Made by a program: the position numbers and the translations under genes. Of a DNA stretch of 64,000 nucleotides, positions 1 to 11,507 are shown in pieces; position 1 is the first letter of the stretch; the number at the start of each line of letters is the position of its first letter. The stretch comes from Phyllobates terribilis (lineage: Eukaryota): NCBI RefSeq assembly GCF_046119375.1, contig NW_027362762.1, positions 494,512,001 to 494,576,000 on the forward strand, read 5' to 3'. Below the pieces are notes generated by a model. The model searched no databases and was not told the DNA's origin. It saw only the letters and a program-made list of their open reading frames with translations.

Positions 1-151
1 CGTACATACAGTATGTAATGGTGAAATCTACTTTTAACATGACTCATGTATTTGGCATATACAGTCCCAGAATTTTTAGCTTTTTATTGCATTTATGACC
101 AGCCTTTATTACATAGAATTATAATGTAAGAGAACTTTAATTCGGACAAAG

Positions 152-325
152 ACTTTGTGAGAATTTTTTACCAAAATAAATTGATCAATAATTACAGGGA
201 TAAATTTTGCTTTGGTCTACCTAATGGTTCCACACACAACTTTGTGAGATTTTTTTACCAAAATAAATTGATCAATAATAAAAAGGCTAAATTTTACTTT
301 GGTCTGGCTAATATTTCCACACATG
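152..325. repeat. Tandem duplication, ~88-bp unit x2
   Basis: ACTTTGTGAGA(A/T)TTTTTTACCAAAATAAATTGATCAATAAT...TTTGGTCT...TCCACACA occurs twice in tandem; ORF 157..363 shows the repeated FYQNKLINN peptide. Confidence 0.75.
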
Positions 326-902
326 ATTGGCCCAGCAGAGTGTTCACCTTTCTCTGCTTATAAATATCCAAAACAATGGGATACTGCTCATGCCCATATT
401 TATACATTGCCAGTTCTATGATATTATAGAGTCTTTTTTATATTAGAAATTGAAGTTGACCATTCTTAAACATGATGTGGGGCTAGAACAGTCCTGTTTA
501 GTTTCCATGATGCCATTGTAGGATACAGCAGTAATATGTTTTATGCAACCGAATGCAAATGCTGCATTATTACCATAGCCAGCTCAAAATTCATTTGTGA
601 TTTTGAAGAGCAAAGTGATGGATCTTCTGACTATACCAGTTCTGATATAAAGAGGAAAGTATAAGTGAGTTTAAAGTAATATAATGAGATCGTGTCATAC
701 GGGCACTGTTCATAGTTACCTGGCAGGTCCAAAATGGCTACCATGAACAAGCTTGGCGCCAGCTACTCCATTTTCTAACACCCAGGAGTTGCCATGTCCT
801 TCATCCTTTAACACCTATACAGGGATCTGAACTTATATAGGGGTCAACTTGTTGGGCCATGGAGTTAGCTTCTGTTCTGTGGCGCAAATTTGCAAGAAGG
901 AT

Positions 903-1278
903 TGTCAGGTAGCCAGGTCAGAACCAGGAGGTAAAATCAGGGACAAAATCCTACAGCAAGACAGCAAGTGGGAAGTCCAATATCAAGCCAAGGTCCAAGA
1001 ACAGAAAAATTAGGACAAAACGCAAGATCACAGCACAGAAGTATATACCAGAATAACAGAGCTATTGACTTCCAGGGGGAACAGATTCTCAAGGGTATAA
1101 ATAGAAAGCAGCCCCACCCAGTGCTAACAACAGGAAGAAACCCAACCTAACAGAATTAACCCCATAGCTTCTGGACTGACAAGAGCCACAAGTCCCAGGA
1201 ATAAAACAGAGGGACTGAATTCACTCTGTATCAGCCAAGAGCAAAGCAAGAGTAGATGGGACAGGTGCGGAAGTCACA
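903..1278 (-). mobile_element. Possible solo LTR (Gypsy-like)
   Basis: TGTCAGG...GTCACA termini, ~375 bp, composition like frog Gypsy LTRs. Flanks GGAT/GATG do not give a clean TSD. Confidence 0.3.
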
Positions 1279-3961
1279 GATGGCAGATAGTACCAGTTGG
1301 TCAATAAATCTTTTTGGGGCACACCAAATGCTTTGTATTACTTACATAATTACATATTGGGGCCGACTTTCTAAATTTGTTCAAATTTTAGAATATCAAA
1401 ATTTAGAGTAAACAGTCTTAAAATGAGCCAAATTTCTCAGAGTGGTTCATGCTGTTGATATATTTGGTGCTTCTTTTCACTGTCTAGTCTAAGGTTACGC
1501 TGTACAATTTTCAATCATCAAGTTTCATCCATCAGTTGAATTAGATAGACATGTCGTTTTTCAGCAGTACTACGTAAGCATTTGCTGGCCTACATTGCTC
1601 AACTAAGTTACCTTAAATTGTGGTGCAATTTTGGCAATTTTTTGACACACTAAACAGTCATTTAGACCCTGCACACTTTGTCTACCCACTATCCAGATAA
1701 ATTATGCTCTTTATAAGCATGTTAAAAAACTTGTCCATAACACATCGGAAATGTGGTGCAATTCAAATTATTTGGTTCAAATTTAGCCAGAATTCTGGTC
1801 CACGTAGCTGAGGAAATCAACAACTTAGAGGTCAAGGAGACATGTCCATCAAATTTACAAGTTTCAATTTATTTACAATATGGCATAAAATGGCTAAAAC
1901 CTTAGCATAACAAAGGGCAAGAAAAAATGTATGATAAAAGCAATTATCAATAAATAAGATAAATATGCTGTATATTATTGCACATCATAGAAAGCACAAC
2001 CTTTTCAGCTTTCTATAAAGGAAAAACTATGTGATGATGACAAATTATTAATTCAGAAATGGCATTCATCTCATATTGAGATAATGATGAAAGGGAGGAA
2101 ATACCTCTGTCACTTTGTTTGCTGGAGACTACAGGCTTTTGATGTGGTGCAAACTGTCATTGTTTGTCCTGGAGAGACGGTTTGTCACTAGCTGAGATGG
2201 CTTCTAACAGACAAACAAATTTGTTTCTCTGCAGTGTAAATTAGATTTTTAAACCTCACAAGTGTCTCCTTCATGTGTAACTGAGGTGATCCAAAAGCAT
2301 GGTTAACTCAAGTACATCTATTAAACAAGCCTGGTTTGTCGTAGTAAAGTACAACAGCTTCTATGATAAATCTATAGATTTCATAAATCTCAGAGGTCAC
2401 TTAATGCATTTTGAGACTTTGTGGTTTATTTGATTCTCTTCTCCAAAAGCTGATTGAAATTTTATTGATTTGTTGGCGCAGGGCCATGCAGATTGTACGC
2501 CAAGCTCACCATGTCTTTTTAACAGCAAATTAATGTGGTTGGGAATTTAATACCCATATATCAATACACCACAATTTAATTTTAAATATTGTATTATCAG
2601 TGACAATTACAGTTATCACTTGTTCTTGGGATAAAGTTTGATATGACTTTTATACTCTTTATTAAACTTTTTTTTTATGTTTTATTTTAAATTGACCAAC
2701 TAACTTCAAGCAAAGTAGTCAACTTATGTCCGTAGAAGTTTGTATATCAGAATGTATGTTATAGTTTGATCTACTGTATTTATTTCTCAGAAATTAAAAG
2801 TTAGAAACTATGTAAAATATAAAACATTTTATTATATTCTTTTATGATTATAAAATGTTGGCTATCCACACTATTTTCTGTATTTACAGTCAAAATATAA
2901 GAATTGTGATAAAACATAAAAAGATTATGTTCACAATGTTATTTTTACACATAATAAAAGACTTTTCCAACTGATGATGAGCTTATCACTTGTAATCGGT
3001 GGAGGTTGGGGCACTGATTTATTTGATCCCATGCAGTTAGGTGGAAAAATATAATATCCATAGAATTGAATGAGCTATCCTTGTATAGACAATTCAGATA
3101 CTCCAGAGAGATGCTTTTTGCTCTGTTCTACTGCCAAGGCAAAAATTGTCACTATGCTATAACAAAGTTACAACAGGGATACTGAGCCTTGTCGACAGTT
3201 GCTAAATCTCTAAAAATGTCTAGAAGGCTAATGGAAATAGAAATGACCTACTAGACTTTTGGAAGAGTTAGTACATTACCTTGATTCATGCCTAAACCTT
3301 GCAAAACCTCCCGGAACACAGAGCTTTCTGAGCATCCAAACACATATTCAAGATGCAAGCAGCATGACATGGAGAAAGCATTGAAGGGACAACACAAGGA
3401 TAATGGAAGTGTTGTAGGAAATTTTCGGCAACATGCTTCACTTCCTGACATCCCGAAAGGGTAACTCTAAAATTTGGCAATCTTGGCTTTGACTTATTCA
3501 ATTTGATTTGATTCAACCTATCAATTTGGTTCTGATCTATTGGTACTAATCGCAATGTCCACATCATTGACCACGACAGTGAGATTGATTCGAAGCAAGC
3601 AGAATACAAAGTTAGGAAATGTTGACATGGTGATATAAGGAGATGAGTTCTTTAATTGGTGTCTAAAACCCATATCTATTGATAAGTCAGTATAGTACAG
3701 AAAAAGAACTTTGTTTTTCACATTATGAAAACAAATGTGAATATGAATAGAAATATCTCCTTAAAGGTTTTCTTGGATTACAGGGTATATTTTAACTTAA
3801 ATAATAATGTAAAAATAATATTAAATATATCAATCTATTTATCTATCATCTCCTGGATGACACTACCGCATTACGTGCATCAGGTATTCATATGCTTGGA
3901 TAATCGGTCTGTATACACTATTTTTATTATACATGATTTGGTATAATCATGCGCTCTTTAG

Positions 3962-4247
3962 TAGGGATGAGCAGACCCATGGAAGTTCAGGTTCGTCGGA
4001 TTCTACTAAACTTTAGTGCAAAGTTCAGTTCGTACCAGAACTGTAGCCGAACTTGAACCTGAACCCAAATCCCATAGATATCAATGGGGACCCGAATTTT
4101 AGAGCAGGAAAATCTCTCTTTTTCTCTTCCCAAGCTCCTGAACTGTGAAATGGACTTCCAGGAGAAGTCCGTGTTTGGAATTCAACACCAGACACTAGGT
4201 GTCTGGTAAGAACTCCATACTTTACAGTTCAGGTTCACTCATCCCTA
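3962..4247. mobile_element. hAT-type MITE (TAGGGATGAG TIR family)
   Basis: TIRs TAGGGATGAGCAGACC / GGTTCACTCATCCCTA; perfect 8-bp TSD CTCTTTAG at 3954-3961 and 4248-4255. Ac-like terminus plus 8-bp TSD indicates hAT. Confidence 0.9.
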
Positions 4248-4792
4248 CTCTTTAGAACTATGTTTTTACTTCTTAAGCACAAAGAACTTTTTATTTGCTG
4301 TCATTATTCTAGAGAGTGAACCCATTAATGTTGCACTTTATTGTGGTTACACCTGTCTGAGAGAAGTAGTCCAATACACATAAGATATATTTGACTAGAT
4401 GCTTAATACTATACTATTTGTATATAATTACTAGTGATGAGCAAACAAGCTCGCCACTGCTCGGTACTCAACAAGTTCGGTGCTCAGCGAGAATTTCCGG
4501 GTTGCTCGGGCGGGAAATTGGGTCCCCTCCCTGCATGTTTGGCGCTCTTTACAGTAGAGAGCCAATGAACATGCAGAGATTGCCTGCCATGCACTGTAAG
4601 GCCGTAGCCATGTTGGTTGGGGGCATCACTGTGATTGGCTGGCCGCACAGCGTCATCAGGTCTATGTAAGACCTGGCGCCACTATGGTCGTCACAGTCTA
4701 CCCTGGAATAAGTGAGAGTAGAGAGAGCTGCTGCTGAGCTAGGGAGAGATTTGCTTGTTTATAGTTAGTATAGGTATTCCACAACATATATA

Positions 4793-6421
4793 CAGTACAG
4801 ACCAAAAGTTTGGACACACCTTCTTATTTAAAATTTTTTCTGTATTTTCATGACTATGAAAATTGTACATTCACACTGAAGGCACCAAAACTATGAATTA
4901 ACACATGTGGAATTATATACTTAACAAAAAAGTGTAAAACAACTGAAATTATGTCTTATATCCTAGGTTCTTCAAAGTAGCCACCTTTTGCTTTGATGAC
5001 TTCCTTGCACACTCTTGGCATTCTCTTGATGAGCTTCAAGAGGTAGTCACCGGAAAAGTTCTTCGAACAATCTTGAAGGAGTTCTCAGAGATGTTTAGCA
5101 CTTGTTGGCACTTTTGCCTTCACTCTGCAGTCCAGCTCACCCCAAACCATCTTGATTGGGTTCAGTTCTGGTGACCGTGGAGGCCAGGTCATCTGGCATA
5201 GCACCCCATCACTCTCCTTCTTGGTCAAATAGCCCTTACACAGCCTGGAGGTGTGTTTGGGGTCATTGTCCTGTTGAAAATAAATGATGGTCCAACTAAA
5301 CGCAAACTGGATGGAATAGCATGCCGCTGCAAGATCCTGTGGTAGCCATGCTGGTTCAGTATGCCTTCAATTTTGAATAAATCCCCAACAGTATCACCAG
5401 CAAAGCACCCCCACACCATCACACCTCCTCCTCCATGCTTCACGGTGGGAACCAGGCATGTAGAGTCCATCCGTTTACCTTTTCTGCGTCGCACAAAGAC
5501 ACGGTGGTTGAAACCAAAGATCTCAAATTTGGACTCATCAGACCAAAGCACAGATTTCCACTGGTCTAATGTCCATTCCTTGTGTTCTTTAGCCCACACA
5601 AGTCTCTTCTGCTTGTTGCTTGTCCTTAGCTGTGGTTTCCTAGCAGCTATTTTACCATGAAGGCCTGCTGCACAAAGTCTCCTCTTAACAGTTGTTGAAG
5701 AGATGTGTCTGCTGCTAGAAATCTGTGTGGCATTGACCTGGTCTCTAATCTGAGCTGCTGTTAACCTGCGATTTCTGAGGCTGGTGACTCGAAAAAACTT
5801 ATCCTCAGAAGCAGAGGTGACTCTTGGTCTTCCTTTCCTGGGGTGGTCCTCATGTGAGCCAGTTTCTTTGTAGCGCTTGATGGTTTTTGCAACTGCACTT
5901 GGAGACACTTTCAAAGTTTGCCCAATTTTTCGGACTGACTGACCTTCATTTCTTAAAGTAATGATGGCCACTCGTTTTTCTTTACTTAGCTGCTTTTTTC
6001 TTGCCATAATACAAATTCTAACAGTCTATTCAGTAGGACTATCAGCTGTGTATCCACCAGACTTCTGCACAACACAACTGATGGTCCCAACCCAATTTAT
6101 AAGGCGAGAAATCCCACTTATTAAACCTGACAGGGCACACCTGTGAAGTGAAAACCATTTCCAGTGACTACCACTTGAAGCTCATCAAGAGAATGCCAAG
6201 AGTGTGCCAAGCAGTCATCAAAGCAAAAGGTGGCTACTTTGAAGAACCTAGAATATAAGACATATTTTCAGTTGTTTCACACTTTTTTGTTCAGTATATA
6301 ATTCCACATGTGTTAATTCATAGTTTTGATGCCTTCAGTGTGAATGTACAATTTTCATAGTCATGAAAATACAGAAAAATCTTTAAATGAGAAGGTGTGT
6401 CCAAACTTTTGGTCTGTACTG
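4793..6421 (-). mobile_element. Tc1 transposon, full length, IR/DR type (~250-bp inverted repeats)
   Basis: TIR CAGTACAGACCAAAAGTTTGGACACACC at both ends, TA TSDs (4791-92, 6422-23), inserted in a (TA)n run inside element A. Confidence 0.95.
4956..6007 (-). pseudogene. Tc1 transposase, disrupted
   Basis: MARKKQLSKEK...GRPR...VLWSDESKF...GGGVMVWGCF. Frameshift near 5280 just before QQDNDPKH, a stop near 5088, and C-terminus AKGGYFEEPRI*. The minus strand was confirmed from the sequence. Confidence 0.9.
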
Positions 6422-6423
6422 TA

Positions 6424-6760
6424 TATATATATCCATCTGAACTAACAGTCCTTCTGAGGACTAATCCAGCTGCATATATTCAGTGGTGATAGCAAGAGTT
6501 GGGCAGGAAGGCAGGGTATGTGGCAGACTGCAGTGCATATAGTGGAAGAGGGTCCATTGAATGTCCTGTTAGTATAGGTATTCCACAACAAATAAATATA
6601 TATATATATATATCCATCTGAACTAACAGTCCTTCTGAGGACTAATCAAGCTGCATATAATCAGTGCTAGGCAGGAGTTAGGCAGGCAGGCAGTGTATGT
6701 GGCAGACTGCAGTGCATACAGCACAAGAGGGTCCATTGAACGTCCTGTCTGCTTCTGCTG
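6424..6760. repeat. ~187-bp tandem duplication inside element A
   Basis: TATCCATCTGAACTAACAGTCCTTCTGAGGACTAAT...GAGGGTCCATTGAA occurs twice. The unit start TTAGTATAGGTATTCCACAAC is also at ~4765, so the Tc1 split the first unit. Confidence 0.8.
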
Positions 6761-7809
6761 TAATAATGCTGCAGTGTGTAAGTCAAGCTATTCACACCAG
6801 GTCTCTGGAGAATAGTATTAGTAAATTACAAGCCTGCTATTTAATAACATGGTTCTCAATCAGACATATAACATATAACTGTGGTTCAAGTCCAGCCATT
6901 TGTAGTGAACGTGGAAAATATTGTCCTCCATTTATAGATTGTAGCAGTGTGTCATTGTACACCTTTTTACAGCTCCATTTGCTTGTTCGCAGAATACAAC
7001 CAGATTTTTTTAGTTTTTTTCATATCACTCTATATTACTCATATTATTATTGTGAAAGCAGAGGAACTTTTTTCAATGATCAGACGCACATGATCCATAT
7101 GACTGACGTAATAATACAGAAATTTTGTGGAGTATGCCAAATATTACACTCATTTTAAAGTCAGCCACCTGTGTTTTGTTGAACCAATTGACAATTGGTC
7201 GCTGACAAATACTGTACTATTAGGCGACTGCCTGAAACCATGGCCATCAGACATTATCCCATATGACTGCCCTAATAATCCAGCAATTATTGTGAGCATG
7301 TCAAATATTACACTCTATTTAAAGTATTGCAGTTGCAGGTTCAAACCTATTCTCAGTTGGCCGCTGACTAATAGCATATCTGTGAACAATGTTGTCAGAG
7401 TATTACACCACTTTTGCGGACTGACAAAAAAAAAACATACAAAAAACAAGCTAAAATGGAAAAAAAATTAAGAAACATTCTTTCCAGGGTAATGACTTGT
7501 ATATAAGGCCAAAGAAAAAAAAAATAAAAAATAAATTAAAGAAAAAATAAAGTTATGGACTGTGGAAGACATTTATGCGACCAGAATGAACACTCATCTG
7601 TAGCTGGTGTTGATATCACATAGCAGCAGCACCTGTTCCTATTGTAAATGCATCTAACAGAATTATCGATAGGGAATAGAATAGATTTTTCATTTTTTTG
7701 GGCAGCAGCACACAATATAAGGCAATAATACTACTACTCCGTCTTCTCTCCTCTTTCCACAATCGCATCCAAGATTTTTCTCGTGCATCCCTTCTACTCT
7801 TGAACTGTG

Positions 7810-8125
7810 TACCCCAACATATCAGACTCTCGCCTATTGTTGAAACCATTAAAAGGTAGCTGAAGATACACCTCTCCCGACAAGCCTACAACCTGCAGCA
7901 ACCCTCGCTCCACCATACCGCTACACGACCAGCTGTACCCTTCACCTACTGTATCCTCACCTATGCCTTGTAGATTGTGAGCCCTCGCGGCTAGGATCCT
8001 CTCCTCTCCTGTACCAGTCGCTGTCACATTTTTGTCCAAGATTATTGTAATTGTTTTTTTTGATGTATACCCCTTTTTCACATGTAAAGCGCCATGGAAT
8101 AAATGCCGATAAAGTAATAATAATG
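7810..8125 (+). mobile_element. L2-type LINE 3' fragment
   Basis: Encodes KR*LKIHLSRQAYNLQ (L2 ORF2 C-terminal FKxxLKTHLFxxAY motif), then TAGATTGTGAGCCCTC...TGTAAAGCGCCATGGAATAAATG...AATAATAAT tail. Boundaries approximate. Confidence 0.7.
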
Positions 8126-8233
8126 TGATCCAGACTCACATCTACTGAGACTGGACCATGTGGAACACAGGGTGATGGTGGTTGCAAACTGACTGGAAAC
8201 TTTATCTGCTATCCAACCAACAACCTTTTCATA

Positions 8234-8422
8234 CTACTCTGGCTTCAATAGTGGTGTTCTGCGAGCCTCTAGAAATTGGGACAGGAAGGTAGTTGGACAT
8301 GACATGGGTGTTTGTTGTGCTTCCTCAGCAGGCACAGTTTCATCTTGCCTACGGCCTCTGCGTGCACTATCACCATCACCATAACGTCCACTTCCCAGTC
8401 CCTTGACACACACCTTGCCCAT
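8234..8422 (-). pseudogene. Possible N-terminal remnant of element A's hAT transposase
   Basis: MGKVCVKGLGSGRYGDGDSARRGRR..., a G/R-rich start that I recall from frog hAT ORFs, located inside element A. No catalytic or BED motif is visible. Confidence 0.3.
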
Positions 8423-9146
8423 TTTAAATGAAGTTTAAGATTTGTCACGTTGCCAAAAATGTCTATTATTACTGCAGTAATATAGGATCACGTCTGATGA
8501 GATGACCATAGTTTTAGGCAGTGCCCTGGTAGTCAGAGATGCTTCCAGCCCCAGGAATCTTCCCCTTGCTGTTCTCATGTCACACACCACATGGCCAGAT
8601 AAGGTTGTAAAATGTTAAAATTACATTTCCCGGTGAATGCATTTGTCTTGGTTGAAAGCAATTGTAAAGTGCAAAAACGCATCAAAAACGCTACGTGTGA
8701 ACATAGCCCAAGGTGTGAAGGAGTATTTTTGGTTTTGTATATTTATTTTGCTTTATATACAAGTCATTACCCTGGAAAGGTTGTCCCTTAACATATTTCC
8801 CAGGAAAATCCATTTTTGGTTTCGTTTTTGTATGTTTTATTGTGGGTCTGTAAAAGTGCCATAATACCTCTGACAACATACTTGACACCAGTGACCTGGG
8901 AGTCAGAAATGCTTCCAGGGGTCTTCCCCATGCTGTTCCCATGTCATTTGAGCACTGCTCCCGTTGATTTGGGCAATTTTTAGGCCCTCTGCAGACCGCC
9001 GGAGGGAGCCGCCAGAAAAATGCTCGAGTTTCCCATAGACCTACATTGGGCTCGTTACTCAGACCGAGCACTCGAGCATTCCAATTTTCTCGACCTGAGT
9101 AATGAGTACCGAAGAATTTTAGTGCTCGCTCATCAATAATAATTAC

Positions 9147-10246
9147 TAGTGATGAGCGAGTATGTTTTGTTAACCCTTTCGCCAAGTATGCTCAGGCGAG
9201 CACCAAGTAGTTACAGCATCTCGGTGATATGTTTGAATCACTCCCGTGTGCATGATTTGCGACTGTTTGACAGCTTTAATACATGTGAGGAATGTGTAAG
9301 AAATAGACATTCCTCACATGTATTGAATATGCAGACACATAGGATATAGCCACATGTATTGGAGTTTCATCAGAGACCAGTTTGGTCAATATAAAACATC
9401 CAGATGATGAAGGAATGTGTGCTATATGGACAACGAATGGCAGACCATTCGGCTAAACATGCAACAACCAAGAGAAATTGCCGAATGTTATGTCCAAAAA
9501 AATATATCATATGACACATAAGGTATAATAAAAAACCTTTATTCGACTATGGTTACAGTGGTAAGAAAAGCACAAGAGTGTCCGTATTCATAAAAAGATA
9601 TATATATATATACATATAAAAAGCATCTCACCTACATAGGCATATATGCACACATCAGTCATATATAATAAATGGAAGCCTCAACAATTGATTTACATAT
9701 ATCTATAAGGCACTTAGGGAAGTATAAAATGTCCATGCATAATAATTGTTAAGAGCAAATATAGATCATTACATAAATATAATATCTAAGGATAACTACC
9801 AAAATAAGCACCATCAATGTAATTCATAAACAAATACCCCGGAAAGGAGGGAAGGGAGAGGGAAGAGGGAAGGGGTAGTGAGAGCACAAGGATGTGACCA
9901 CCTGTAATGTAGTAAATGTTGTAGCAGGGAAAGGTATGGAAATGCCGTATGTTACCTGATAAGGGTGATGAGGTAGAATGCGGAGCACACCCCTCATGCC
10001 GGTTTTTTATTATACCTTATGTGTCATATGATATATTTTTTTGGACATAACATTCGGCAATTTCTCTTGGTTATTCCTCACATGTATTAAAGCTGTCAAA
10101 CAGTCGCAAATCATGCACACGGAAGCGATTCAAACATAACACCGAGCAGCTGTAACTACTCGGTGCTTGCCCGAGCATACTCGGCGAAAGGTTTAACAAA
10201 ACATACTCGCTCAACACTATTAACAAAACATACTCGCTCATCACTA
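9147..10246. mobile_element. Palindromic hAT MITE ('element B') with an internal retro-insertion
   Basis: TIR TAGTGATGAGCGAGTATG / CATACTCGCTCATCACTA, ~170-bp inverted arms, TSD ATAATTAC at 9139-9146 and 10247-10254. Same family as 20650-20929. Confidence 0.9.
9325..10072 (-). mobile_element. Penelope-like (PLE) non-coding insertion
   Basis: Flanked by a 16-bp direct repeat ATTCCTCACATGTATT (9309-9324, 10073-10088). ~72 bp at one end (~10002-10072) is a perfect inverted copy of ~9465-9537. CTGATGAAAC is present on the minus strand near 9375. Confidence 0.55.
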
Positions 10247-10439
10247 ATAATTACATATGCATTTGCAATTTATAATGCTGATTGTGTTTTGTATATATAG
10301 TATTGATCATTATTTTGGAGGTTATCTAACTATCATGTATTAATCTATCTGTATGATATTTTCATGTATTATACGAGGCATAGACTAGCAAGAAAAGGAC
10401 ACAGTACTACCAATTTACCAAGTTTTATTGAAGCCTCAT

Positions 10440-11010
10440 TTTAAATATGCAGTTCAGTATTAGGCAACAGTTCATAGAAACAATGTCTTGGAATTAGAAA
10501 AAGTACAAAGAAAAGCCACAAAATTGATAAGTGGCATGGAGGATCTCGGTTAAGAAGAAAGTTTTTAAAAAAATAAATGTATTTAATCTTGAAAAAAGAT
10601 TGTTAACTGGGGAGCATGACTAAATTGTGCAGGTACATAAATGGCCCTTGTAAAAAATATGGTCAAAAGCTGTTTCATGTAAAAAGAAGGCGGAAAGGTC
10701 TTAATATGAGAATTATTATTCTGTGGACAGCATCAATCCCGAATTGGTCATATTGGGCACAGTCAATGGTTTCAAAAAAAGCTTACATTTTTTTTAGAAG
10801 AAAAAAAAATACATATTTCAGTACATGGATAAAATTCTAGGTCACAATGTTGATCCAATCGATTAATCTTGGGATAAAGAGAAAAAAACGTACTCTTTAG
10901 GGCAGACTAGGTCATGCATTATGGATGTACCTAAATCTTATAACCATTATCTTTTTGTAGCTCTTACCTGAACTTGATGTTCAGGTGTCTTTATTCAACT
11001 GTACTATGTA
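10440..11010 (+). mobile_element. CR1 LINE 3' fragment
   Basis: Degenerate YAVQ...LELEKVQRKATKLISGMEDL...LEKRL..GDM..LCRYING (CR1 ORF2 C-terminus), followed by a CR1-type 3' end GAACTTGATG...TTCAACTGTACTATGTA. Confidence 0.85.
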
Positions 11011-11065
11011 TTTATTTATTACTTTTACAGTGGTGACAGTAGGGTATAGCAAACCTGAAACTTTG

Positions 11066-11507
11066 ATGGGAATCTGTCATAAGGGTTTTTTATCCGAGAG
11101 CAGCATGATGTATGGGAAGTGACCCTGATTCTAGCGATGTGTTACTTAGATAACTGGGTGAGGCAGTCATGCTAAAATCAGTTTTCTCTGCTGCAGATAT
11201 AGCTGTTCTCTGAATGCTGAGCTCTGTAGAACCCCACACACACCCCTGTTTGACAGCTTTCTGTGTACACTGTACATTCTCAGAAAGCTGCTAATCAGTG
11301 GTGGGGGCGGGGTTACACATAGCAGTTGACTAGGAGGCACGAGGCAGCTAGTCCTGTAGTGATAGTCTCCTTCTGGTGAAACGCTGATTTTATTGAAACA
11401 AAAACACACAGCCCAGTAAGTGACACATCGCTAGAATCAGGCTCTCAGCCCCTACACCATGCTGCTCACGGATTACATAGCAAAAACATATTGAAAAATC
11501 CATTTAA
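11066..11507. mobile_element. T2/Kolobok-type MITE
   Basis: Degenerate GGGAATCTGTCA left TIR and ...ATCCATTTAA right end. Internal sequence is homologous to the copy at 31260-31673. Confidence 0.6.

Larger units (their letters stand above)
4432..9138. mobile_element. Large non-autonomous/degraded hAT element ('element A') carrying nested Tc1 and L2 insertions
   Basis: Left end TAGTGATGAGCAAAC, right end GCTCGCTCATCAATA (one TIR mismatch). 8-bp TSD ATAATTAC at 4424-4431 and 9139-9146. Subterminal CTCG(G/A)-rich repeats at both ends. Confidence 0.8.

Noticed and set aside
3287-3463. Short plus-strand ORF MPKPCKTSRN...PDIPKG with a GTAACT donor-like site
   Set aside because: No recognisable homology or linked exon; the surrounding sequence resembles degraded hAT-MITE interior.
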